Assembly (NCBI GenBank): GCA_964187785.1
Contig: OZ076409.1
Span: 92,382,001 to 92,446,000 of the forward strand
Length of the DNA stretch: 64,000 bases
Source of the DNA: Amphiscolops sp. MND2022
Lineage: Eukaryota
Direction of reading: 5' to 3'
Position numbers and translations under genes: made by a program. Below are positions 13,079-24,680 of the stretch, in pieces; the first letter of the stretch is position 1, and the number at the start of each line of letters is the position of its first letter. Under the pieces are notes generated by a model that made no database searches, had not been told where the DNA came from, and saw only the letters and a list, made by a program, of their open reading frames with translations.

Positions 13079-13420
13079 CAGAGTTTTGACAACGCTAATC
13101 AGCGACTTAGCGGCCGCGCAAATTTTTTACCGATTCAAAAATTAGTGGCAACTAATAGATTGTCCAAATTCAAAATTTCCCGGAAAATACAAGAAGTTTC
13201 AAAATGAATTTCGAAAAATACCAACTCTTCATCTGCAAAACCCACACGGTATAAAAGAATCGTATTTTTTCTTGCAAAAATTGAATTAAGTTAGTTTTCA
13301 TTTAAAACATTTATTCATAAATTCAAACCTTCATTGTTGAAAAAGTTTTCCAGTGAAATAGCGATTTTGAAATGAGAGGTTTAGCGATTAGTGAAAACAA
13401 TTAGCGATGGCAAAACTACC
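13079..13420. mobile_element. hAT-type MITE, CAGAGTTTTGAC family, degraded right end
   Basis: Same internal blocks (GCGGCCGCGCA, GCAACTAATAGATTGTCCAAATTC, GCGATTTTGAAA); lies in the Six4/5 intron. Confidence 0.75.
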
Positions 13421-13623
13421 GAACAACTACCGATTTAAATACCATTTATCACCCCTGAAGTTTCGTTTTGTCTACCATTTTAAAATTTGTGTCAAATTTC
13501 AATTACACTGTTCCTTTTATTAAGTTACAATGATTTTTACTTCGTGTTATTATGTCAACGTGTTAACTTTTAAAAGGTATAATAGTGTTTTTTTTCAAAA
13601 CTCTGATCGAAAGATGGTCTTAC

Positions 13624-14195
13624 GTTTTATGAGGAGTTCTGTCGCGTTGTCTTCTGTTTTTGAACCAGTTACTGACTTGTGTCAAAGTCAAGCCCGACGT
13701 CTTTGCCAAGTTTTTCTTCTCTTCCGGAGTTGGGTACTTGTTCTTTTTGTAGCTCTCCTTCAATTTATTCCTGGACTTTTCCTTGAAACAGTAAATCGTT
13801 TCCTCCCCGTCCCAAATTGTCTTGGGCAGTGGGAACTTCCTGCGAATCCTGTATTTGTCAACAGCCCCCAACAGCCGGCCTCTGGTTTTCTCGGCTTCAA
13901 TATAATGGGCTTTATACCATACTTCTTGCAGCAAGTCATGGTTCTTCACACTAAAGGTGTAATTTTCAAGAAGCGTGTAAAGATCTCGGAAGTTGCGGGT
14001 GTGGAAAGCGACGATAGCCCTGGCTTTCATAACAATCTCAGATGCTTGTACAATTTCACTGGTTGGTAAGCTCCATAAAAACCGGGTTAGTTTGTCCAGT
14101 TCACTGCTTTGGAAAAGAACTTCCACGATGCATTCGATTTGTGAGCGGTCGAAATAAAAGCTTTGTGGCTGAGTCGTAAGTTGAAAGTCACACAT
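13624..14195 (-). CDS. Six4/5: SIX-class homeobox, Six4/5 subfamily, exon 1 (SIX domain and homeodomain)
   Basis: SIX domain (...[22 protein letters not shown]) then [11 protein letters not shown]...[18 protein letters not shown] is closest to Six4/5 ETVY rather than Six1/2 ETSY or Six3/6 QKTH. First ATG at 14195 (an upstream exon is not excluded); donor GTAAGA at 13623, phase 2. Confidence 0.92.
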
Positions 14196-15255
14196 TGTTG
14201 GGCTAAGTTGGACTAGGTTAGGTGTGTTATTTTGCTTGGGTGTCAAATTGGATATTTATGGGTTATTATGCTATTGATCCTTCTAACAAATATTGATGCG
14301 ATTGTGTATTGATTGATGTAGCGTGAATTGACTAGTTAGTTATCCTTTCAATAGATAAAGACTTTCCTTCCATTTCATTGGTCGGATATCGTCGAATGAA
14401 AATGAGGAAAGTCTGTTCCCTGACAGGCAAGAAATAATTTTGATGGCGTCCATTTACGAATCTAATGCTCGAGTTGCTTGCTGTTGGCGTTTCTGCTATC
14501 ATGTAACTGCGTTTTTTGTTGTGTATTCTACTATTAGTCGTGTAGGGGTTAGTTTTTTGCTGATTTTGTTAATCATTACTGGCGCTGGTGAATTAGTTGC
14601 GTGTGCATCATTTCCGGACATTTCTGCCCCTAAATTGGAAGGCATTTTAATTTTCATTTCACGTTTTTTTTTAAATCTTTTGTCAAAATGCAGCTTTTTT
14701 GAAATTGTTTGGAAATGTATTCAAATATATAATCCCCAATATTCTTGTTATCGGAAAGTTTTTACAATTAATTTTTACATCTTTTCAGATACTTTGTATT
14801 TGTGACAAATCGTTTGATTCTCGATTTTGTGGAGTGTTCACATGGCGGCATTGTTGTGACTGTTCAGGCTTACATGTTTGACTGAAGATGAATGTTGGAG
14901 ATTTTGCTCGCCAAACTTTCTCGAGATCAGCCTCAAGATTGGCGTTTCGTGCTCACAAGAGTAAATCTAAGGCTAGAGTCCTTAGGAAACCATTTGTGTA
15001 CGAATCTACCATTCAAGAGACTTCTCAAACGTTAGTTCGTTCAAGCTCTTTCATTTATAATGCTTATCATGCTCCATAATTTTGTCATCTTTATATACCC
15101 AAATGTGATGTTGTTTCGCAGAATTAAACTGCCATGAAGTTAAGTCGTGGCATGTTATATTGGAGTCATTTGAAATTTTTATTCAAAACAAATGCCTGAA
15201 CGAAAAATGCCCCCAGAATGCTACAAAAGTGCCTGCAAAACAGTAAAAACGCCAT

Positions 15256-15735
15256 TTTTGGTCGGCTTTTTCGAAGAAAAAGCACGACTCTTACAGTGGC
15301 TAGTTTTTTTCGTCAGTTCAACGCGATCGGTCCACTTTTTTTTGTTCATTTGTTCAACTTCTTGGCCGAGAGGTTAACCCGGATTTTCTGGGGTCTGAGA
15401 AGCAGAAGAGGAGAATTTTTTTATGCTTCCAAAAATAGAGGGGAGAGCAAAGGGTCCCCCTTTTGCGGTTTTTTTCGGCACTATGCGACATTTTTTCCGA
15501 AAATTTTTGAATTCTATCAAAGGGTACTCCCTTGAATTTTTTGAAGTTTTCAATTTGTAAAAAAACGTTTAATAAGCCTAAAGAGTATCTTTTTGGGTTT
15601 TTCGGCAATATGCGACTTTTTTTACCAAATACTTTTTTTTGAAAAAATATTTTTTTCCAAGTTTTTCCAATTGTTGGTCCTTGAATATTTTTGAGCCTTA
15701 GATATGAAGCCGACTTGGGCCGTTCCCGGCTTGTT
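15256..15735 (+). mobile_element. HINE-like copy
   Basis: Same terminal structure (GCCGACTTGGGCCGTTCCCGGCTTGTT) and same core repeats. Confidence 0.8.
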
Positions 15736-18431
15736 CCAATTTTATCTATTCAGTTCGTGGATATTAAAATCCTCAGAGTCCAACGACGAAACAATTAGGC
15801 TTCCAGCAGGTTTTATTAAAGAGAAATCTGAAGTTTTATGTTCTGAAGTGTCCCAAAATTGAATATTTTTCAAATACTAACGTTTATGTAATTTTCGTAC
15901 ATTTTTTGAATGTTTTCGATGGAATAAATATCCACCGTTTCCAACGACAAAAAGAGAAATGATGTGAAGTTTTTTGAAGAAAAGTTGTAAAAAGTTGTAA
16001 GGTGCGAAAAGTAGTCAAGTCGTCAGTTTCGTTTAAATTTGGTGCACTTTATGAATGTTGCGTGGGTATGAACATCCACTTAGTTCAACAACAATTAAAT
16101 AAGTTGCTCAGTGTGTTTTTTTGTTGAGACGTCTGAAGTTTTTCCAAAAATCCAGTTTAATGCACTTTCTGTACAATTGTTTAAGATGTTTCCGTGGGTT
16201 TGATTATCCAAGTTTCTCAACAACAAAACAGTCAGCTATTTAGCATACTTTTGTATTTAAAGCTGGAATTTTTTTTCAAAAAAGGGATAAAATGAACCAA
16301 AAAGCGGCAAAATTCTGAAAATTTTTATTTTTAAAAAAATTCCGTAGTTTTTGGCTGCGTTCGAGCCTCAAGAATGTCGTCACTGAAAAAGTTCAGGGTG
16401 AAAATTGCTCCGTTCCTCTGCGGGCGCCTTGTTTTTGTTGATCAAATCACTCAATTTCGAAGTTCTAGTTAGGACTCTGATTTAGTTTTCAAATTAGCGA
16501 GTGAAGGGCATATAAAATAGCAATAAAACATGTAAGTTGAATTATCATTTTTTAGAACATAACTTCATTTTTTGTTACTTTTTAACCCTCTTCTGCATGA
16601 ATATTGAAAACCATCGAAAAAAAATTATTTGACCCTTTCAACTAGCAGGTGGTAGACCATTTTCTCATATGGTAATGAAGTTTTTTCAGACTAGAAATCT
16701 CAATATAGATTTTCAGTATGTTTCCTAAATGTAACACTATACTGGTAAACGAAAACAGTGTGAATCACATTTATTTCATTTCGACCAAAATTTGCACTTT
16801 TCGCATCTGAAAACGAGAGTTTACAAATTATTTCGTATGAAAGTCCGTAAAACAGTTTTTGCTGGATGTCAAGCAGAGATAAGTATCATTTTTTCGTTTT
16901 TTTGTGTACACACTGCCGGTAGAATTAAGAAATATGCAACTTTGCACAATGTTACATTTAGGCTACATACACATAAATGTCTACTCTGTTGATTTTTTGG
17001 ATTTCGGAACCAATCAAATTGCAGCTTCACAGCTCGGAATTTATTCACATGTGATGATGACGCAATGTTTGTAAGATGAATTGTTGTGTGCGTGGCTGAA
17101 AATAGATCCGCAGCTTTGTTACATTTAGGTAACAAAATGCAGAAGAGGGTTAACAAAAATGCTGTCTCGCATTTTCTTCTGATTGATATCAACAGTAAAA
17201 ACTATAAAAATATTGTTGAATTTTCTTTTTGAAATTTTATCACTGCTTGCTATCTGATTTAATATTTAGGATTCTCATTTTATTGGTGTTTGATTTCATA
17301 TTCTTACTTATATGGTACTCATTAAAAATCTAATTCACCAGACGAAATTGCTTTTGGCCTGATAGCCGTCTCGACGCTTGAAACTGCTTTAAAAACTGTC
17401 GGTTAAAAGATGAACTCGCGAATTTTGTTTGCGCGTATCTCCGAAATTCTAAAAAAGATTCTGAACTAGTTTAAACTACGATACTTCAATCTGCTTTGCT
17501 GTATGATGCAGTTTTTGATGCTTAATATCTGTTCGTACTGTATTGAATATTAGTTATGAACATTCAATTTTTCCACTCGGCTTGTTTTCAATACAATCAT
17601 CAACGCAAATAAAGAATTTTGTAGCGATTTAGTTGACATATCAATTATGCGTCGATTTAGTTGACATCAATTCTGCGGCTACGCCACAAAATGGTCGATT
17701 CTGAGGCATAACACCACATCCGATTTCGTAATTGTAACAAAACAGCTGATTTTTGAAGCGCAACTAAAGGGCCGGATCCGCTACCGTGACACACCTATAG
17801 TGCCCTACGTGCGGAGCGACGTGCCACTACTTGACTAGCGCGAAGGTTTTGGCCATAGCTGACGTGGAGGGCCTGGTTGGAAAAACCAATTGTTTTTGCC
17901 GTCTTAGGAACGCCAAATTCCATAAAAAAATTGGTCATGTTTCATTCAAAAATCGGTCATTTTGTTACTTTTTCAAAATCGCCCCTTTTATAGTGCTTCC
18001 CGATTCCGCAATGAAGATGCCTTGACAAACTTTCTAATCCTTCACTGTATTCTGGCTAATTACTACTAGCTCGCTGTGACCATACCTATAATACCGTAAA
18101 TTCAGAAGTGAAGTGAAACGGAATGACGTGCCATTACTTGACCAGCCGCAGGTTTTGAGGAAGGCCGGCCTGGAGGAACAAATTGATGGTCGAGGTAGAT
18201 ATTGACGCCGCTAATAAGCGCCGAAGCGGGAAGATTTCGTCAGTGTTTTGAATTAGCGAAATCATTTCATTACCGGTATGTTAACGACGTAGCGATTGTT
18301 AAGTTTGTTCTACCACCTAAAGCAGACAGTGCACCTTGTTTTCTCTCGCTATTCTTTTATTCAACTTTTCTTTGGACATCTTCTAAATATGGAAATTTTT
18401 ATTGTGGAATTTATCGTTTTGTATAATTCAG

Positions 18432-18469
18432 GTGTTTCAGGCCCAAAATTGAAGCCAAGTCTATCCCAG
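18432..18469 (+). CDS. RPUSD4: RPUSD4-like small upstream exon (CFRPKIEAKSIP)
   Basis: Acceptor ATTCAG|18432; joins in frame to 18787 through a GC donor at 18470. A further phase-matched donor (CG|GTATGT) lies at 18276; start codon unresolved. Confidence 0.55.
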
Positions 18470-18470
18470 G

Positions 18471-18779
18471 CAGAGTTTTGACACCGCTAATCAGCGATTC
18501 AGCATATTAGCGGCCACACAGAAGTTTTTCAGCAATTTTATTAGCGATTCAAATTAGCGGCAACTAATAGATTGTCCAAATTCAAAATTTCCTCTGAAAA
18601 TATGAGGAGTTTCAAAATGAATTTCAAAAAATTCCAACTCTTACACTTGTAAAACTCAAACTGTATGAGAAATTCTTGTTTAACATTCAAGAGTTTAAAG
18701 ATAGTTTTTCAGCGAAATAACGATTTTGAAATTAGCGGTTCAGCGATTAGCGAAAAAAATTAGCGAGGTCAAAACTCTT
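18471..18779. mobile_element. hAT-type MITE, CAGAGTTTTGAC family, coinciding with an RPUSD4 intron
   Basis: TIR CAGAGTTTTGAC...GTCAAAACTCT(T); 8-bp TSD ATCCCAGG/ATACCAGG. Confidence 0.88.
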
Positions 18780-18786
18780 ATACCAG

Positions 18787-19212
18787 GTCAGCTAACTTCA
18801 GATGTAGCTGAAAAGTGGATCGCCAGCAACTACCCTAAGAGTCTAGCGTACATCACTCCCAGACAACAACTAGCCCTTGAGCGTAGATTCAAAGACGAGA
18901 GCACCAAAGCCACCAACAAAATCTTGACTGCACATTTGAGACTTGGCTTTGTGCCTCAATGGAGGACCTCTGAGGAAAATGCTTGTCAGTTGTTGCTGGG
19001 AAACGTTATTTATTGCACTGAGAATTTGGTTGCATTCAACAAGCCGCCTGGCCTCGCAGTTCAAGATGGTGCTGGATTGTCTTATAGTATCGACAGTTTG
19101 TCTGACCGAATTTTGTTTTTGCTCAAAAAGACTGGACGCTTTAAAGGATGCAGCTCTGAGAAGATCCCTAAGATGATGAAAATTGTTCATAGATTAGACC
19201 AAGATGTCTCTG
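18787..19212 (+). CDS. RPUSD4: RluA-family pseudouridine synthase (RPUSD4-like) exon
   Basis: AFNKPPGLAVQ (motif I) and VHRLDQDVSG (catalytic Asp); donor GTAAGT at 19213, phase 1. Confidence 0.88.
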
Positions 19213-19265
19213 GTAAGTTCCATGGTGTAAAAATAATTCTACGAGCAATGCCCAGTCAACTGAGC

Positions 19266-20657
19266 GGTTACATGACATTTCGTCTTATGCAATTTCAACT
19301 GTTGCCATCTCAACCGTTGACAATTTCAACCTATTACACTTTCAACCTTACGCTATTTCAACCCAAACTATTTTTGGCTACTTAGTCTTAATTCGGCTGA
19401 GGTATTATTTCATTAAATAGTTAATATTAAATCAAACTATCCTAATTAATCGTAACTATTCAAGAAGAAGCCAAAATCTTTACAATTGCGATACGCAAGC
19501 GTTATGGGAAAGTGTGCGTGCTTTTTTCCGCGCGACAACTCGTTTCAGCCCGCAACTCGCACAGTTCAGGCGTTCGTGGTCTAATGGTAAGATGCTTGCT
19601 TTTCAACCCAGAGGGTTCGTATTCGAACCGGTGCGTATGCGCTAATTTTTTTACAAGCAATTCCAAAGCAGCATGTTTCCACTTTTTTGGCACTATGAGA
19701 CTAACCCCCCTTTTCGGCTTTGTGAGACTTTTTCCGAAATTTTTAAATGTCCCCAGAGGGTTCTCCCTTCATTTTTTGAAATTTTGCAACAGAACGAATG
19801 TTAAAAAATCCCGAAGGGTCCCTTCTTTCAGATTTTTCGGCACTATGAGACTGTTCAAAGTTCTCATTTTTTTGTTTTTCAAAATTTCTTCCGAAGGAGA
19901 ATCAAATCATTTTTTAAAATTTTTTTCTGCAACAGAGTGGATTTTATGGAGTTCCCCGTTTTACAGTTTTCGGCATTGTGATATTTTTCAAAATGAATAA
20001 TTTTCGTCCTAAATTAGGTTTTCAAGCCCAGCACGCTTTATCCGATTTTTGTTTTTAAAGACAGGCGTTTTTTCTATGCGATTTTTTTCTGATTTGTTTT
20101 CATCGAAGACCCCCTCAATTTTTTACTAGAAACGAAACGTTTTGCGAGCATAAAGGGATAAAGGGCTCCTCATGGTTTTCGGGACTTGTGGCTTACCGGA
20201 GAACTTCAAAACATTTTTTCGATTTTTTTTTTCAATTTTCATTTTTCGAAAGGTTTCAGGTTGAGAATATGGGTTTTGCTGTTTCCAGTTGGGTGGAAAT
20301 GGGTTGCAGTCTCACGTGTATCCCTTTGAGTTTTTTTGGCGCTGTAAAATTGATGATATTCTAACAATATTGTCCTTTTACCCTTTGTTCCCCGTATAGT
20401 ACTGCTTATTTGGTTTTCTCTTCAAAAGTTCGCAAGTGTTTGCGAAGCACGGCTTCGCCTCTGTGTATCAAAACTGGTGGCGGAAAAGTTAGCGTAATTG
20501 ATTTCAGGAATGTGAAAATGAAAACTACCTTAAATAATTATATAACTAATTAGGATTAATTAGCTAAAATTGTATAGGTCGGATTACAGAAAGATGAAAC
20601 GCAATAGGTTGAAATTGTGAGCGGTTGAAAATGCATAGGTTGAAATGTCCTGACACC
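19266..20657. mobile_element. MULE-like MITE carrying a nested HINE-like insertion (about 19490-20466)
   Basis: Long imperfect TIRs with TTTCAACC repeats; 9-bp TSD CAACTGAGC/CAAGTAAGC; the inner element ends in hairpin GCGAAGC-ACG-GCTTCGC. Confidence 0.65.
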
Positions 20658-21305
20658 CAAGTAAGCGGTTGTCGTTATTCAAGGAACTCAACCGCCTCTA
20701 CTAATTTTTATCGACCCAGTCGATCAATTGTACATCGAGCCCACCGAAAAGGAACAAAAGTTGAAACAGCGTTAATGTGTTTTCAGTTTTATTGGTAAAA
20801 ATTTTACACTATTGGAGGCGATATGAATTGAATTGTTTTTCGATAACTGCAAAAACGAAGACGGCTTCCAACCGCTTGAACCGCTGATAGAAAAAGACGG
20901 GCATTAACCGCCTATCTGACATGAGCTGAGTCGGCGCGCAGCTCTCCATACAACATTTCGATCGAAACAAAAGCTTTTTATCCAAAAACGGAAGATATAG
21001 GATTTTAAGAGGATTACGTTTCCACTGTAAAAAACCAAAAGCTATTCAAAGCGGTATCTCTGGGATTAGAAAACGTTTATAAAAAGTATTCAGACAACCA
21101 ATACGTTTTTTAGAAGGCGTAGACAAAAATTGCTACTTTGATAGCAAAATCAGTGAGATTTTATGTTGCATATTATTGTTGTTTACTTCTCTATGGGTTG
21201 CTGTAGATAAGGTTCCATTACCAACTTGTATCCTATTGTATCTTTATTCTTTTGTATCTCGAGTATCATTCGTTTTTGTTGCGTGATTTCCGTCTATCAT
21301 TTCAG

Positions 21306-21961
21306 GAACTATTGTTTTTGGTTTGAATCAGTATACAACTGATTTGCTGAATGAAAAATTCAAGAGTGGTCAAGTGGAAAAGAAATATTGGTGCTTGTGT
21401 GTCGGACAACCTCAGAATGCTTCTCATACTGGAGTGATCGCTGTTCCCCTTCACAGCCATAACCTAACCAATGGAAAAACGAGAATGAAATGTCGATCCA
21501 GGGACCCCGTTTTTATTCCCGACAAATTCAACGATGACTCAGCCCAAGTTTTTATACCTGAGCGCTCCGTTGAGAACCTTTTGAGAACGCACTCGAAATC
21601 CGAAGCAATCACTAAATACAGTTTGCTTGCTTCTGGGATTGAGTCATGTCTAGTGGAATTGGAACTGGTAACTGGCAAGAAACACCAAGCGCGTGTTCAT
21701 TGCGCCGAAGCTTTGGGATGTGCTATTTTGGGCGATCATAAGTACCATCACGCAAATAAGATTGCGCCTCAAACAGTTCCACCAGAGATTTTGCAGGCTT
21801 TGAATATCAAACAACCAATGGTTCGGCATTTGCCACTGCACTTGCATGCTAAGTCGTTGGTTATACCTGATATGATCAAAGGTCGAAAACTTTATTTAAA
21901 TACAAGATTACCAGTATACTTTACAGCAAATATGCGGCGTTTAGAAATATACAATGTTTGA
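21306..21961 (+). CDS. RPUSD4: RPUSD4-like terminal exon
   Basis: TTTCAG|21306 in phase; VEKKYW, TGKKHQARVH, CAILGDHKY, LHLHAKSL. GDHKY suggests RPUSD4 among the RPUSD paralogues. Confidence 0.88.
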
Positions 21962-22281
21962 AAATACTCTTCATTGATTGAGGTTATCAGATACGGAGAG
22001 ATGTTTGTTGACGAGGGCAGATCAGCCGTTCTTTCAAATATTTTAATTTCAGGTCACATGTTGAAGGACAATCCCATTAATCGGGAGTATCGTGTTGGCA
22101 TCGAATCACTGGGTAAGCAATTCGAGTGAGGCGATCTCATCAATATTCGATTATACAGAAGTGAGCAAAGTACTCTATATCTATCTATATCATTTTATTA
22201 AAGACGACAACACAACGCGTCGTGTCGGAAGAAACAAACGACTACAATTACACGACTGACGCCGCAGCTGCATTTGAAACA

Positions 22282-22673
22282 ATGACATCCACCTCACTAG
22301 TCGGGGTTTCCGTCGCCAACCACTCGTCTACAAGCGGAAGTAATGGCCGATACCAAGCCAAGGCGAAAAGCATCAACTGTCACATTCTGAACCGGAAGTA
22401 CACCACTTCCCAAATATCCCCACAGCCCAAAAGCCCCTTGGCCAAATCTGTATCACCGCGCGAGAGAAGTCCTTCTTCCGGGGGGACTGGCAAGAAGTTG
22501 GGAAAGTTCAAATCTGTCGAGCATAGCTATGCCGAAGACTGGGGCGCTTTGTCGCCATCAGAAGGGTCACGAAATGCTGTGAGTCCTGGACAACAGTTTT
22601 TCAAATATTTACCTTACAATCAGCAGGCTCAAAGTTATTCCAACGACCATCTTGATTGTGTCGATTTGCTAAG
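22282..22673 (+). CDS. Uncharacterised Ser/Pro-rich protein, exon 1
   Basis: GC-richer open frame from ATG 22282 (frame open from at least 22222); donor AG|GTAATC at 22674, phase 2. Confidence 0.65.
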
Positions 22674-23311
22674 GTAATCAATCGCTTTCTTTCTAATCGC
22701 TTTAACCTCCACAGTGATTTCGTCCTCAAATGAGGACATCGGATTTTTTCGCATTCAATTAAAAATTACGAAACACAAAAAGCATATAGGAAAACAAAAA
22801 TTGTCTTATCGACAATCTGGTTGACTAACTGAGGCGTGAATTGTTATTTGTGTCAATTTAGTTTTTTTTCGAGCCACCGGCAAGAAAGTAACTGGAAAAG
22901 AAAAAATTTGCAAAGGAATATTTCAAAAATTTAGCTTTTTTCTCCAACTGAAAAACAGTTTAAGTTACTGTCCCACTATAGTAGCACATTGAAAACGCAT
23001 ACAGAAGTTTTTTCAATGAATCTTCAGCTATGAGTACGACCGGCATTTGAAAGGCCCGGTGAAGCTGCGGCTGTTATTCGTGAAGAAATGAAGCTTTGAA
23101 AAAGTATCAGCAAATTTTTGACAATTTTCATTTTCTCGGTGTACTGGTGGGGTTAAGCAGATCATATGTGCTTTTTGAAAATTATATGTGATCAAAAATT
23201 GTTCAGTTTTGAAACTTTTGCTGGAAATTCAGATGTAACATGTCAATAGCGTTGATTGGCCTTGGGGAAAACAGTCTTGAATATTCATGAGTTGAATGGT
23301 TTCATCTATTG

Positions 23312-23646
23312 CAGAGTTTTGACATCGCTTATTTGTTTCACTAATCGCTGAACCGCTAATTTCAAAATCGTTATTTCGCTGAAAAATTTGATCTTCGAGA
23401 AAATTGTTTGAATTCCAGAATGTTTTAAATATGAAAAGAATTTTATGAAACGAGTTTTACAAGTGTACGAGTTGAAATTTTCGAAATCTATTTTGAAACT
23501 GCTCATTTTCTGAGGAAATTTTGAATTTGGACAATCGATTAGTTGCCGCTAATATGAATGAATCGCTAATAGCTAATAAAATCGCTGAAAAAATTTTGTG
23601 TGGCCGCTAATATGCTAAATAGCTGATTAGCGGTGTCAAAACTCTG
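23312..23646. mobile_element. hAT-type MITE, CAGAGTTTTGAC family
   Basis: Perfect TIRs and perfect 8-bp TSD ATCTATTG; opposite orientation to the 18471 copy. Confidence 0.92.
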
Positions 23647-23756
23647 ATCTATTGGGATTACTTTGAATCTGAAATACAATGGGCTATACGAGAATGTTGA
23701 TTCTAGAGCGTCGTCGGATTCTTGAATTGTTTCTATATTAAACCTCTGTAAATACA

Positions 23757-24262
23757 AACAAGACGGGAACGTCTAAAGTCGGCGCTATATCTAAGGCTCA
23801 AAAAGCGCAAAATACTTTTTTTGAAAAAAAAACTTGAAATTTTTGAATTTTTTTTCTTTCAGAAAATGTCGCATAGTGCCGAAAAATGTAAGAGGGGGTC
23901 CCTTTGGGCTTTATTAACATATATTCTGTTGCAAAATATCAAAAAACTCGAAAGGGGGACTCTTTTGAGACTTGAAAAAATTTTCGAAAAAAAGTCGCAC
24001 AATGCCGAAAAAAATCGAAAGGGGGGGACCCTTTAGTCTCGTCCGGTTTTGTAGGTTACGTTAAAATAGTAAAAAGTGAAAGGGGGGACCCTTTTGCACT
24101 CATTTCCGCTGACCGGACTTGGCCTTATGGTAGTAGTTTTAGTAGTTTCGATTGTAAGAAAAGTGGCCCAATCAGAGTGAGATTGTAGTCTGACAAAAAA
24201 AGATGAAAAAAACTAGCTACTCTAAGTGTCGGGCACTTTTCCCTAGAAAAGCGCCGACTAAA
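23757..24262 (-). mobile_element. HINE-like copy
   Basis: AACAAGACGGGAACGTCT...GCGCCGACTAAAAA. Confidence 0.85.
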
Positions 24263-24322
24263 AAACTCATTTAAGAAATTTCGAAAGATTGTATTTGGGG
24301 TGAAGAAAGTGGTTTGTTTTAG

Positions 24323-24560
24323 GCGGAACTGGGATTGTGCGGTTGACCAATGCTCCAATGCCACACCAAGCTTGCCTAACGTGGGCAAAGGCCTAGTCCA
24401 TGTGTACGAAGACCAAACGGACGACAATTGTTGCGAGTCGGTCGTGTCTGTGACCTCGACCAACACTGCGAGCAGTAGCACCAGTACAAACAACAGCGAC
24501 GCTTGCTGTAGCAGTTTGACCTCCTCCGCCGGCTCTTTGCGCTCCATATTCTATTACGAG
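24323..24560 (+). CDS. Uncharacterised Ser-rich protein, exon 2
   Basis: TTTTAG|24323 phase-matched; RNWDCAVDQC...SIFYYE; putative GC donor GAG|GCAGGC at 24561. Confidence 0.6.
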
Positions 24561-24680
24561 GCAGGCTTATGCAAATCAGTTTCAAGACCACATTGCGAAA
24601 ATATCAATGTGCGCCGCGCTCCTCAATGTACAAAAAGCATTAAAATGAAGATTTAGTACAGTGTTTCTAGTTCAATATTT

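Noticed and set aside
13530..14069. 179-aa plus-strand ORF
   Set aside because: Antisense shadow of the Six4/5 exon; similar shadows overlap ALKBH8, AEBP2 and both LTR elements.
18726..18786. ORF-track N-terminus of RPUSD4 (MKLAVQRLAKKISEVKTL)
   Set aside because: It is MITE sequence; a near-identical peptide appears in ORF 23306-23506 from another copy.
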